Below, in pieces: positions 10,272 to 19,676 of a stretch of 64,000 nucleotides of DNA. Both the position numbers and the translations under genes were made by a program. Location of the stretch: the NCBI GenBank assembly GCA_964403205.1, contig CAYOER010000001.1:14037-78036 (forward strand), read 5' to 3'. This DNA comes from an uncultured Candidatus Saccharibacteria bacterium (GTDB lineage Bacteria > Patescibacteriota > Minisyncoccia > Phycocordibacterales > PALSA-1337). Below the pieces are notes generated by a model that did not search any database, was not told the origin of the DNA, and saw nothing but the letters and a program-made list of their open reading frames with translations. How positions within the stretch are numbered: the stretch's first letter is position 1; every line of letters starts with the position of its first letter.

Positions 10272-10754
10272 TTAAAGTATTTTATTAATTTCATTAAAAT
10301 AATCTTTACTTAATCTATGTCCTGTATTAGGTACAATAATATCTCCTGATTCATTTTCTTTATCACCATACATTATTGTCTGTTTATTCGCTAGATGTAT
10401 TGGATTGATATTTTTAATTATATCATTTACAAACTTTAAACCAGTTATATTTATTAGTTCTTTTATCATTTTCTTATCTTTCCAATAATAATATGGTGTC
10501 ATAGAAGCTAATATTATGTGTTTACATTCATAATTCTGTGCTATTAACCATGCCAAAACTGCACCTAATGAAAAACCGATAATTATGGCATCTTTAGATA
10601 CAGGAAAAATCTGTGATGATAGTTCTTTATTCCAATCTACATTTTTATGTACCACTTCATAGCCCTTTTTTTCAGCAATTTCTGCTAGTAGTTGATATGG
10701 TTTACGTTTACAGGTTTCTTCCCATCCTGGTATGATATATATGATTTTTTTCAT
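10272..10754 (-). CDS. Small alpha/beta hydrolase-fold protein
   Basis: IPGW, GFSLG nucleophile elbow, GDKE, TGH. Confidence 0.7.
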   Translation of the reverse strand: MKKIIYIIPGWEETCKRKPYQLLAEIAEKKGYEVVHKNVDWNKELSSQIFPVSKDAIIIGFSLGAVLAWLIAQNYECKHIILASMTPYYYWKDKKMIKELINITGLKFVNDIIKNINPIHLANKQTIMYGDKENESGDIIVPNTGHRLSKDYFNEINKIL

Positions 10755-10784
10755 AATGATTATTAATACTTTAAATAAAATAAA

Positions 10785-10816
10785 GAACGGGTAGAGATTT
10801 GTCGTCCTACCCGTTC
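10785..10816 (-). terminator. Intrinsic terminator of the DUF397 gene
   Basis: GAACGGGTAG/CTACCCGTTC 10-bp stem followed by a U-rich tail on the minus strand. Confidence 0.7.
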
Positions 10817-10832
10817 ACACCTTCTTTGGCGC

Positions 10833-11072
10833 CTAATTGAATTCACCGCCTTTGACGCCATTGACGAACGCTTTCCATTCGTCATGGCTAAAGAACAATG
10901 TCCGCTTTCTGCGGTCTTTGCTATCTCGGACAGCAACGCCCTCGAGCTTGGTCGCAACCAACACGCAGGTCTTCGGATTGTTTTTTGACCAGGAAGATTT
11001 GGTAAAATCCTGATCATCGACATCGAAACGACCATCATTTTCTGCACTGGTAGTGGAGTTTTTCTTTTTCAT
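10833..11072 (-). CDS. DUF397 domain protein
   Basis: FTKSSWS...CVLVA...VAVRDSKD...LFFSHDEWKAFVNGVKGGEF matches the DUF397 consensus. Confidence 0.88.
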   Translation of the reverse strand: MKKKNSTTSAENDGRFDVDDQDFTKSSWSKNNPKTCVLVATKLEGVAVRDSKDRRKRTLFFSHDEWKAFVNGVKGGEFN

Positions 11073-11125
11073 TCTATCTAGCTGTTTGTGTTGTTAGGTT
11101 GAGTCACCATGACTCATCTATAAAT

Positions 11126-11170
11126 ATTATATCCTAATAATTAAACATTCGTCAATATAATGAATGTTTA
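11126..11170 (-). promoter_or_regulatory. Sigma70 promoter of DUF397 overlapped by a palindromic operator-like site
   Basis: Minus strand TTGACG-N18-TATAAT; TAAACATTC-N11-GAATGTTTA inverted repeat at 11142-11170. Confidence 0.55.
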
Positions 11171-11223
11171 GACGAGTTGTGGTATTGAAAATAAGTGGAG
11201 AAGGGGGTAGGATAGAATAATAT

Positions 11224-11715
11224 ATGAAAATAACTGAGTTTTATAAAGGATACAGTCAAACAGAATATATTCTTGAATATCATGATGCGGATAATTTCGA
11301 TAATCTTGAATATGATAAATGTAAACAGTCTTATGGAATATGTTTCTATAATGGATTACTTGTTATTGGATTTGGTGGTAAAAAGAAAACATGGGGGCCA
11401 ATAGGTGGCACTATTGAGAAGGGAGAAACTTATGAAGAGACATTAATACGTGAAGTAAAAGAAGAATCAAATATGAAAGTTCTTTCCTATAAACCTATTG
11501 GTTATCAAAAGGTAATTGATGTTAAGGAAAATAGCTTTATATATCAGCTTAGATATGCATGTATTGTAGAACCATTTGGACCATTTATATCTGATCCAGC
11601 TATGGGAGTGAGTGAAATAAAACTTATTAATCCAAATGAATATAAAAAGTATTTTGATTGGAGACAGATTGGAGATCGACTTATAGATAGGGCTAGGGGG
11701 ATAATGAAAGTTTGA
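11224..11715 (+). CDS. NUDIX hydrolase
   Basis: GGTIEKGETYEETLIREVKEES Nudix box. Confidence 0.9.
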   Translation: MKITEFYKGYSQTEYILEYHDADNFDNLEYDKCKQSYGICFYNGLLVIGFGGKKKTWGPIGGTIEKGETYEETLIREVKEESNMKVLSYKPIGYQKVIDVKENSFIYQLRYACIVEPFGPFISDPAMGVSEIKLINPNEYKKYFDWRQIGDRLIDRARGIMKV

Positions 11716-11742
11716 TATTTGTATATTTGCTGTCTTTTAATT

Positions 11743-11782
11743 AAAAACCCCCACAGCGATTAGAACGCTTGTGGGGGGTTTT
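11743..11782. terminator. Bidirectional intrinsic terminator
   Basis: AAAAACCCCCACA...TGTGGGGGGTTTT between convergent genes. Confidence 0.75.
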
Positions 11783-11800
11783 AGACTGAAGCACTACGCT

Positions 11801-12025
11801 TTAGTCTCGTTCGTTTGTAGTGTAGAGCAACCTATTTCCGGTAAAGGGAATCTTTTCTGAAGATACCACTTCTCCGGAGAAGTCCACTTCAATTATTCGA
11901 GGTGGAGGCCATAGTGGTTTGACCATTGCTTCACATGGGGGTGGTGCCCCATCAACCACTTGATGCATTTGATTGAACCACCACTGTGCTCCAGCAAACC
12001 GTTTTCTCCGCACACATTTATTCAT
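11801..12025 (-). CDS. Small hypothetical protein (74 aa) with an AQWWFNQMHQVVD motif
   Basis: ATG at 12025 after AAAAGGGA; upstream TTGACG-N17-TATAAT promoter lies inside the end of yqeY; higher GC than the flanks. Confidence 0.6.
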   Translation of the reverse strand: MNKCVRRKRFAGAQWWFNQMHQVVDGAPPPCEAMVKPLWPPPRIIEVDFSGEVVSSEKIPFTGNRLLYTTNERD

Positions 12026-12080
12026 TGTGTCCCTTTTGGTTTGGATTATACGACATGCTTTACTAACTAATAGTATTATA

Positions 12081-12533
12081 TCACCTATTGACAATCTCGT
12101 CAACTACTTGTTTAACATCGTTACCATCTGCTTTACCTTTTAGCTCTTTCATTAGCATACCTATGAATTGCCCCACTTTTGTCTTATCTATTGCTCCTGT
12201 TTTCTTTATCTTTTCTTTTACAATTTTTTCTATTTCCTTTTTACTCATTGTGGCTGGTAGGAATTCTTCTAGAATTTTCAACTCCAATTTTTCTTGTTTT
12301 GCTAGATCATCTCTGCCACCTTTTTCGAATTGCTCAATAGAATCTTTTCTTTGCTTTACACTCCTTTTTATAAGAGTTATAACATCTTCATCTTTAAGTA
12401 ATGGATCATTTATACCTTTTGCAATTAATTCATTGCTAAAAAGAGCTTGGAGTCCACGTAGAACCTCTAGACGTACACTATCTCTAGCACGCATTGCTTC
12501 TTTTGTTTGGTTTTTTATATTTTCATGCATCAT
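12081..12533 (-). CDS. yqeY: GatB/YqeY domain protein
   Basis: KEAMRARD, KQRKDSIEQFEKGGRDDL, LKGKADG. Confidence 0.9.
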   Translation of the reverse strand: MMHENIKNQTKEAMRARDSVRLEVLRGLQALFSNELIAKGINDPLLKDEDVITLIKRSVKQRKDSIEQFEKGGRDDLAKQEKLELKILEEFLPATMSKKEIEKIVKEKIKKTGAIDKTKVGQFIGMLMKELKGKADGNDVKQVVDEIVNR

Positions 12534-12660
12534 ATTTATATTGGTTTTATATTATTATTTTTGCTATATTATAGCATATGGAAATATTAAATAAATCATT
12601 ATTAATATATTTAATAGAAACATATTGTTGTTCAAATGATAACATATACTATAAGTAATT

Positions 12661-13428
12661 ATGCAGACTCAATCTTCAGACAACTCGCTTCAGGAAATCA
12701 TCAATACACTATCGAAAAACAATAATGTCGATGCTTTGCTTTTGTGCGGTTCGACTGCGACAGAAACACAAACAAAAAGTAGTGATTATGATCTAGTCTT
12801 AGTCGTAAAGGAAAAACCTGAAAAGTTATTGTCGTTATTTACATATATAAATGCCATGCCTGCTGATATATTTTTTTACTCATTAACTGATATAAAGAAT
12901 ATTATCTTAAATAAGCAGGTAAAAGAAGGTGGTGAGACATGGCTTATGCACTGGCTTTTAAAAGGAAAAATTTCATTTGATAAATCTGGAGATTTGACAA
13001 AGTTACAGAGTATAATCTCAGAAATTCAATTTCCACCAGATATTTTTGCAGGAGCATCTGCTTACAAGATCAATTATAATTTGATCAATAATACTAGATA
13101 TTTTGAATCAAACGATCCATTATATCATTTATCTCTTGAGATTCGATTGTTATATTCCATTACCGAGACCCTAGTCGGATATTTCTCAATGCGCCATATT
13201 TATTGGGAAGGTGAGAAGAAAGCGATTCAATATTTAGAAAATAATGATTCTGAATATCTTTCAATTTTTCAAAAGACTATTAGAGCATCTAATCTACAGG
13301 ATAAATTCGCAACCTATCGAGATCTTGTGGAGAAATCTTTTACGAGTGAATATCCAAAATGGGACAAAAATGTTGTTGTGAGTATCGAGGGTGATTTTGG
13401 ATCATTTTGGAAGAAAATATTATATTAA
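12661..13428 (+). CDS. Pol-beta-superfamily nucleotidyltransferase domain protein
   Basis: LLCGSTA...SDYDLVLV plus a helical C-terminal domain. Confidence 0.75.
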   Translation: MQTQSSDNSLQEIINTLSKNNNVDALLLCGSTATETQTKSSDYDLVLVVKEKPEKLLSLFTYINAMPADIFFYSLTDIKNIILNKQVKEGGETWLMHWLLKGKISFDKSGDLTKLQSIISEIQFPPDIFAGASAYKINYNLINNTRYFESNDPLYHLSLEIRLLYSITETLVGYFSMRHIYWEGEKKAIQYLENNDSEYLSIFQKTIRASNLQDKFATYRDLVEKSFTSEYPKWDKNVVVSIEGDFGSFWKKILY

Positions 13429-13432
13429 TAAT

Positions 13433-14713
13433 ATGGAAAAACATTTAGTGATAGCGACATATGATGGAATTGGTACGTATTATTCAGGGGTAGGTACTAT
13501 TGCAAAAAATATTGTAAATGCTCTTGATGGATTATCTAATGATTTGAAACTTAGAGTTAGTATTGCGTATGTGAATGTAGATAAAGAATCTAGAGTATTC
13601 AATAAACAATGTTTCGATTTGGCTTCAAAATTAGTTTCTAAAACTGATGGATATATGATACCGCTATGCAATACGACTAAAGGTCAAAGTGAATGGGATA
13701 TGTGGAGGAGTTTTGATGAGTGGAATTATACTTGTGTCTCATTGGTTACTTCTCTGAATTTGATTTTGAATCCGAATGATGAAAATTATATTATCCTAAA
13801 TGATACCCCGTTTTTATTTTTTGCTAAATATAGAGAGTTAATAAATGATAAAAATGCTAAATATTTTTATTTTCCATTAAGTACCGGTAAGAATCATGCT
13901 TTTGGAAATCAAGACTGGAGAAATAACCGTATTAAAGCAGAACAGAAATGTTTCGACTTGGTCTTAAAAGACCGCAACTCGAAAGTTATTGCTTTAGGGG
14001 AAAGGTTTGCGAAAAGATTGTCCAATGACTACGGGTTATCTTTTGAGGATGATGATTTTTTGCGTAATGGTCTATGTTTCGATAAATATTCGGATTTTTT
14101 AGACAAGGCATTTACGAATCAAGATTTAAAGAAGTTTGGTATAGAGATTGAAAAAGACAAAAAATTAATTTTTGCTTGGGGCCGTTGTTCTGTTGCAAAA
14201 GGTTTTAAAGAACTTGCAATAGCGTGGGTGAAAGTACACGAACAATTACCTAATCACTATCTTATTTTACAGATGCCGAATAATTCTGGTGAGTCGGATT
14301 ACTTTAGAGTGGTTCAGGATATCCTAGCAAAGACCTCGAGGTATGTGATTATAGATGATTTTAATCCAGAAATTTGGAAGACAATACTAAGGACAAAAAC
14401 TACTGATATGGTATGTGTACCCTCAATTATGGATCCATTTCCACACACATCGATTGAAGCAAAACTTTTTTCGGATGGTATGAACTATATAACCATCATT
14501 AGTGATGTGGATGGTGCCGTTGACGCCTTTAATGCTAATGAGGCTATCTATGTTGACCCGAGAAACTCAGGGTTATTCGTAGAAAAAATATTTGAAATTG
14601 CTAATATGAATTCTGAACAGAGGAGGAGAATTATAGACAGAAATAAGGAAACCATTAACAAGTTTAATTTTTCTAAAACTTTTGAAAACTTTATCAGGGT
14701 AAATATTCTATAA
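13433..14713 (+). CDS. GT-B fold glycosyltransferase (GT4-like, divergent)
   Basis: GVGT N-terminal motif, WGRCSVAKG, VPSIMDPFPHTSIEA. Confidence 0.7.
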   Translation: MEKHLVIATYDGIGTYYSGVGTIAKNIVNALDGLSNDLKLRVSIAYVNVDKESRVFNKQCFDLASKLVSKTDGYMIPLCNTTKGQSEWDMWRSFDEWNYTCVSLVTSLNLILNPNDENYIILNDTPFLFFAKYRELINDKNAKYFYFPLSTGKNHAFGNQDWRNNRIKAEQKCFDLVLKDRNSKVIALGERFAKRLSNDYGLSFEDDDFLRNGLCFDKYSDFLDKAFTNQDLKKFGIEIEKDKKLIFAWGRCSVAKGFKELAIAWVKVHEQLPNHYLILQMPNNSGESDYFRVVQDILAKTSRYVIIDDFNPEIWKTILRTKTTDMVCVPSIMDPFPHTSIEAKLFSDGMNYITIISDVDGAVDAFNANEAIYVDPRNSGLFVEKIFEIANMNSEQRRRIIDRNKETINKFNFSKTFENFIRVNIL

Positions 14714-14731
14714 TCTAAAATTATAAATAAG

Positions 14732-15502
14732 ATGATATTTAGATGGTCAATTTGGGGTAATAATAAATCAAAAAATCTTGAGTTGTTAAGGTATAGCATT
14801 CTTTCCTTTAGGAAACAATTTGGTGAAAATCATAGCTATTTATTATATACAGATTCTTCAGGAGAATTGGCGAATGAGTTTAGTAATATTGTTCAGGTAT
14901 TAGATTTCAATTCTACTAATAAAGACATATATAATATACAATCCAAAGCTACTTGGATGAAATGGTGTCCGACAGCAAGAATCGATATTAGTCAAACAGA
15001 ATTTTATGTAGACTCAGATGTGTTTCTCCTCAAATATCCAGTAGAAGTTGACGAATTTCTAAATAATTTAAAAATGAAGTTTGGGATTATGGATGAGTAT
15101 TACGGTCAATCTTGGCAACATGGTGCCATGCAAAGAAAATCATATAGTGATACGCCATTTGCAAATGCCGGTTTCTTTGTTCAAAAAGCAGGTTTCAGTA
15201 TTTCCGAGGATTTATTAAGAGAGTTAGATTGGTGGAAGAAAAATATACCAGAAGATCAACAAACACACCACGATGAACAGGGGGCTTTAGCTATTGCGTT
15301 AACTAAGTATTTAAGAAATGATGAATTATATATTTTTCCGAAAGACAAATACATGCTAATTGGTCCAAACGAAAACAAGGATATAAAGAATCTAGAAAAT
15401 GTAACTCTGTTTCATGCGGTCTATCCAGATCACCCTGCTTTCTATAATTTTAAAAGTTTTCTCGATAAGATCTTGAGAAATAACAATGGTTTAATACAGT
15501 GA
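14732..15502 (+). CDS. Putative GT-A fold glycosyltransferase
   Basis: YSILSF, YTD, YVDSDVF (DxD), NAGF, DEQGAL. Confidence 0.55.
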   Translation: MIFRWSIWGNNKSKNLELLRYSILSFRKQFGENHSYLLYTDSSGELANEFSNIVQVLDFNSTNKDIYNIQSKATWMKWCPTARIDISQTEFYVDSDVFLLKYPVEVDEFLNNLKMKFGIMDEYYGQSWQHGAMQRKSYSDTPFANAGFFVQKAGFSISEDLLRELDWWKKNIPEDQQTHHDEQGALAIALTKYLRNDELYIFPKDKYMLIGPNENKDIKNLENVTLFHAVYPDHPAFYNFKSFLDKILRNNNGLIQ

Positions 15503-17220
15503 ATGACTTTATGAAAAAAATAAATAATAATAATAAAAATACGATAGCAATCCTTATGACCGTTAGAGACGAGGAATCATATATTGATTTTAATATTTCA
15601 TATCATCTTGATCTTGGCTTTGACTATATATTTATAGCTAACCATTGTTCTACTGATAACACGAATAAGATACTGGAGTCTTACAAAAATGATTCGAGAA
15701 TCATAGTGATAGAAGAAAAAGACCCTGTTTTTGATCATGCAAAGATTGCTAACAAATTACTCAACTGTGCTAACTCAAATTACAAGATAGATTGGTTCAT
15801 CTTTCTAGATGCAGATGAGTTCCTTTCAATAAAAGATAAATTCATACACGATTTTGTGAACAGGTTAGAAACCAATGGAATCCCTTACGCGACTATTGGT
15901 TGGGCAAATGCACTCTTTGACCATACGCTTACTGACTATACTTGTGCACCATCAAATCCGATAGATACGATGAAATATTACTATCCTTGGTCAGAGAGAG
16001 ATTGGCAAGAGTTTGGCCACTTTAGAAAAGCTATTGTCAAGAATCATAAGAATATGGAAATAGTTGTTGGAGGGCACTATGTAGAGACGGGGAATAACAG
16101 AGAATTCTTTGGCGAGTATCATTGGAACCCATTCATTATTCCTAGAGATGAGGCTAGATTATTGCATTTTGAATTTAGAGACAAAGCAGATGTTATATAT
16201 AAAAAATGGGAGAAACTAGCATCGTTTGAAAATGATTCCACTTCCACTCCTAGTTCACCGTGGCTTGAAAGGATACAGACCATTAGAAAATATGTTAAGG
16301 ATTTCAAAGATAATACAGAAGAGATTAACAAGAGGTGGTTTTGCGAACATAGAACATTTTGGGGGACAATAATACCCAAGAACAGGATAGTACTCGATAT
16401 CACAATGGCCGTCTGGTATCAAAAATATTTTAGGAGAAAGTTAGAAAGTGGTAAGGTAAAGTCAGTCTGCTTGATTCGTAATGGTCATCTTGGTGATGTT
16501 ATTATGTCGGAACCAATTGCGCGATTTCTATCTAATTATGTCGATAAGGTCTGTCTGGCTACAGAAGTCGAATATGCAGGATTATTATTCCATTCTTACG
16601 ACAAGATTTATAAATACAATCAAATCAATTCCGGAGAGATCGATTGTGATATGACGATCAGATTGATCTATGAGCTTAGTGACAATAAAAAATCATACAT
16701 ACAGGGATATATGGAGTCAATTGGTTTCGGAGAAATTATTAATAAAGAGATCCCTATAATTAATAGCGACTGGGATAATATTATTGGAGAGGAATATATA
16801 CTTGTAGCTCCATTCACGAGTCCTTGGGAGGAGGAGAAAAGAAATTGGGGGTATAATAAGTTTGTTGAACTATCGAAATTATTAGAATCTGAATATAAGG
16901 TTAAATGTATAATCTTAGAGAAACACCATTCATTCAAGGAAATGATGTCTCTCATTAAACATTGTAAATTTATTGTTGGAAACGATTCTGCTCCCACGAT
17001 AATTGCTCAGAGCCTTAAGAAACAGTCTTTTATCGTTTTTGGGGCTACTCTGCCAGATTATATACATATGTTAGAATGTACTGTACCTATTTATGATAAG
17101 AATAGACATAAACTTTGCAAACATAAATCAAGACAGGAAGAGATAGATTGTTGCGAAGAGTTTTGTATGGATAGGGTAAGAGTTAGTGATGTCTTTAATC
17201 AGATTAAATCAAACATATGA
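15499..17220 (+). CDS. Bifunctional GT2-like and GT9 (heptosyltransferase-like) glycosyltransferase
   Basis: N-terminal VRDEE..YHLDLGFD..STD..FLDADEF; C-terminal GHLGDVIM, KRNW, VGNDSAP. Confidence 0.8.
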   Translation: MNDFMKKINNNNKNTIAILMTVRDEESYIDFNISYHLDLGFDYIFIANHCSTDNTNKILESYKNDSRIIVIEEKDPVFDHAKIANKLLNCANSNYKIDWFIFLDADEFLSIKDKFIHDFVNRLETNGIPYATIGWANALFDHTLTDYTCAPSNPIDTMKYYYPWSERDWQEFGHFRKAIVKNHKNMEIVVGGHYVETGNNREFFGEYHWNPFIIPRDEARLLHFEFRDKADVIYKKWEKLASFENDSTSTPSSPWLERIQTIRKYVKDFKDNTEEINKRWFCEHRTFWGTIIPKNRIVLDITMAVWYQKYFRRKLESGKVKSVCLIRNGHLGDVIMSEPIARFLSNYVDKVCLATEVEYAGLLFHSYDKIYKYNQINSGEIDCDMTIRLIYELSDNKKSYIQGYMESIGFGEIINKEIPIINSDWDNIIGEEYILVAPFTSPWEEEKRNWGYNKFVELSKLLESEYKVKCIILEKHHSFKEMMSLIKHCKFIVGNDSAPTIIAQSLKKQSFIVFGATLPDYIHMLECTVPIYDKNRHKLCKHKSRQEEIDCCEEFCMDRVRVSDVFNQIKSNI

Positions 17221-18251
17221 ATGAACAGAAACTAGAAATTAAATTATCGTTTATAACTGGCCTTAAGGATATTGTCTTAGACGAAATAAGTAAACAAGTT
17301 AATTTTCAGGTTCTTCGTGAATATGGAGATTCTTTATACCTTAGTTATGTGGAGGATCTTAGTATTATTAAACGTCTTAGAAGTGTTGCTAGGGCTTATG
17401 TGATAGTTCATGATCCTAAATATAACCCCCTTTATATTTTCAACCACAAATCTATTTTAGGAAGCCTTGTTAAAACAGTAATTGATAATAAAGGTCAAGA
17501 CACCTTTAAGACATTTAAAGTAACATGTGCTGGTTCTGATTCTAAAGAAGTTAATGATATCAATCGATATCTAAATAATACATATGACTTGATTGAAAAA
17601 GAGGAAGCGGATATTAAGATACATATAATTAAATTGGAAGATATCTGGGAGGTAGGTGTTCAAATTACCTCAAAGCCTCTATCTGTTAGGGATTATAAGA
17701 TTAAAAATATGAGAGGAGCCATGGACCCGACCATAGCATACGCAGTTAATTCCTTATGCGGATTAGATAAGGCAAATTCCTATCTGAATGTTTTTTCTGG
17801 AAGTGCAACTCTGCTTATCGAGGCGGCTCAGTGTTATTCTAAGCTGGAGACCTTAGTAGGTTTTGATAATAATAAAAAACATATTTCTCTGGCTATACAA
17901 AATATAAAGAAGGCCGGATTGATAAAAAAGATACAACTCAAGGAAATTGATATATTTGACAAACCAAACACCGGAAAATTTGATGCAATTACATCAGATT
18001 TACCTTTTGGTATGTCTATATCTAAAAATGAGGATTTGGGGAAATTATATAGACAGTTTGTTGAATATTGTCAGGACGTTTTAACTCCCTATGGTAATAT
18101 GGTTGTTTATACGAGCGAATACGAGATTTTTGGAAAAGCTCTTCTTGGATCAGAATTTAGGATTATAAAACAACTAGAGCTTAGATTTATTACTTCAGTA
18201 AATGCATATCTTCGTCCAAAAATCTTTGTATGCGAGTTAAGGCAAAACTAG
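17217..18251 (+). CDS. THUMP/UPF0020-type RNA (m2G) methyltransferase-like protein
   Basis: PLSVRDY, GAMDPTIAYA, FSGSATLLIEA, SDLPFG. Confidence 0.75.
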   Translation: MNEQKLEIKLSFITGLKDIVLDEISKQVNFQVLREYGDSLYLSYVEDLSIIKRLRSVARAYVIVHDPKYNPLYIFNHKSILGSLVKTVIDNKGQDTFKTFKVTCAGSDSKEVNDINRYLNNTYDLIEKEEADIKIHIIKLEDIWEVGVQITSKPLSVRDYKIKNMRGAMDPTIAYAVNSLCGLDKANSYLNVFSGSATLLIEAAQCYSKLETLVGFDNNKKHISLAIQNIKKAGLIKKIQLKEIDIFDKPNTGKFDAITSDLPFGMSISKNEDLGKLYRQFVEYCQDVLTPYGNMVVYTSEYEIFGKALLGSEFRIIKQLELRFITSVNAYLRPKIFVCELRQN

Positions 18252-18282
18252 ACCGAAAGTCATTTCGCACAATTATATAATC

Positions 18283-19041
18283 ATGAAAGAGTTTGACTTA
18301 AAGAAATATATAAGGAAATACAAAAATGCCAATGTCGATTTCCTTCGATTTCCCGGTAATTATGGGGATTCTCTTATTTGGCACGGAACAAAGAAACTTT
18401 TATTATCTCTAAATATTTCGGAGCATTGTGTAGATATTTTCTCACCAAAATATAATGATGTGCTGTTTATTGATGGTGGCGGTAATCTCGTTGACCATTA
18501 TTCTGATATTAGGAATTTCCTGATTAAAAAACCAGCTTTGTATAAAGAGGTTGTTGTACTTCCACATACAATATTTGGTGAAAAACAGGTGGAAATTCTG
18601 AATAATGTCTCAAGCAAATTGACAATCTTTTGTCGGGAGAAAATTTCTGCAAAATTCTTAGAGGATAAACTAATACAAGCCGAAATATATCTGTGGCATG
18701 ACTGTGCGTTTTATAATAAGTTTGTTCAGGTACCTGAGGGAAATCGTGTTATGAATGTATTTCGTTCAGATATCGAATCATTATTAAACATACAGCCGGA
18801 GTCTAATAATGATTTATCGTGTAATGGATATGCCACTAAACCGCTTGATGAGTTAATCGAGATTTTACAAAAATGTGTACAAGTTAATACCGATAGATTG
18901 CATATAGCTATTGCTGCAACATTATTAGGGAAGAAGGTGAAGCTATTTCCTAATTCATATTATAAGAACAAGGCAGTTTTTGAATATTCTCTCAAGAAGT
19001 TTTCTAATGTAAATTTCATCGAGGATTTTAATGATCAATAA
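18283..19041 (+). CDS. Polysaccharide pyruvyl transferase family protein (EpsI-like)
   Basis: PGNYGDSLI, GGGNL, LPHT, CRE, HDCAF, TDRLH, PNSYYK. Confidence 0.85.
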   Translation: MKEFDLKKYIRKYKNANVDFLRFPGNYGDSLIWHGTKKLLLSLNISEHCVDIFSPKYNDVLFIDGGGNLVDHYSDIRNFLIKKPALYKEVVVLPHTIFGEKQVEILNNVSSKLTIFCREKISAKFLEDKLIQAEIYLWHDCAFYNKFVQVPEGNRVMNVFRSDIESLLNIQPESNNDLSCNGYATKPLDELIEILQKCVQVNTDRLHIAIAATLLGKKVKLFPNSYYKNKAVFEYSLKKFSNVNFIEDFNDQ

Positions 19042-19621
19042 TATGTATAATTTAAAGGTAATATCGAATATATTCTCAGATGTTCTCGGTGGTATATCAA
19101 CCAATTTTGAATCTAGGGATCAGTTAAGTCAACTGGTAAGATTGAATATGGAAACAAATTTAGAACTATGGGGTCTTGAAGATTCAGCAAGGATGACAGA
19201 GCTTGGTTCGGATCATGTAGCTAAGACTAAGCAGGAAATCGATAAAAATAATCAAATCAGAAATGATCTGATAAGAGAGATGGATATCGAGATTGCAAAA
19301 CAAATAGATATTTCACATAGCTTTCAAGAACAGTTTTATAGTGAAAGCCCAGGCATGATCATCGATAGACTTTCAATCATGTTTATTAAACTGGCAGTTA
19401 TTCATAGTTTATTGCTGGTGATTAAAGAGAAGGATTTACAGGAAGAGTATAAAGAAAAAGAAAATATAATGCTAAAGCAGATAGATCTTGTCGGTCAATT
19501 TTTAGATGCTTATTTTGCAAAACTTGAGCGCAAGGAGATTTTCTATGAAGTTCAACCAGCAATAAAGATTTATAATGATGAAAGGATTAGAAAATATATT
19601 AAAAATCAACACAATATATAA
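19031..19621 (+). CDS. DUF4254 domain protein
   Basis: LWGLEDSAR, IDKNNQIRNDLI, SESPGMIIDRLSI. Confidence 0.8.
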   Translation: MINNMYNLKVISNIFSDVLGGISTNFESRDQLSQLVRLNMETNLELWGLEDSARMTELGSDHVAKTKQEIDKNNQIRNDLIREMDIEIAKQIDISHSFQEQFYSESPGMIIDRLSIMFIKLAVIHSLLLVIKEKDLQEEYKEKENIMLKQIDLVGQFLDAYFAKLERKEIFYEVQPAIKIYNDERIRKYIKNQHNI

Positions 19622-19676
19622 CTTAAATCATTCAGTATCATGGTTTTATATTGTTATATTTGATATATTATAGCAT

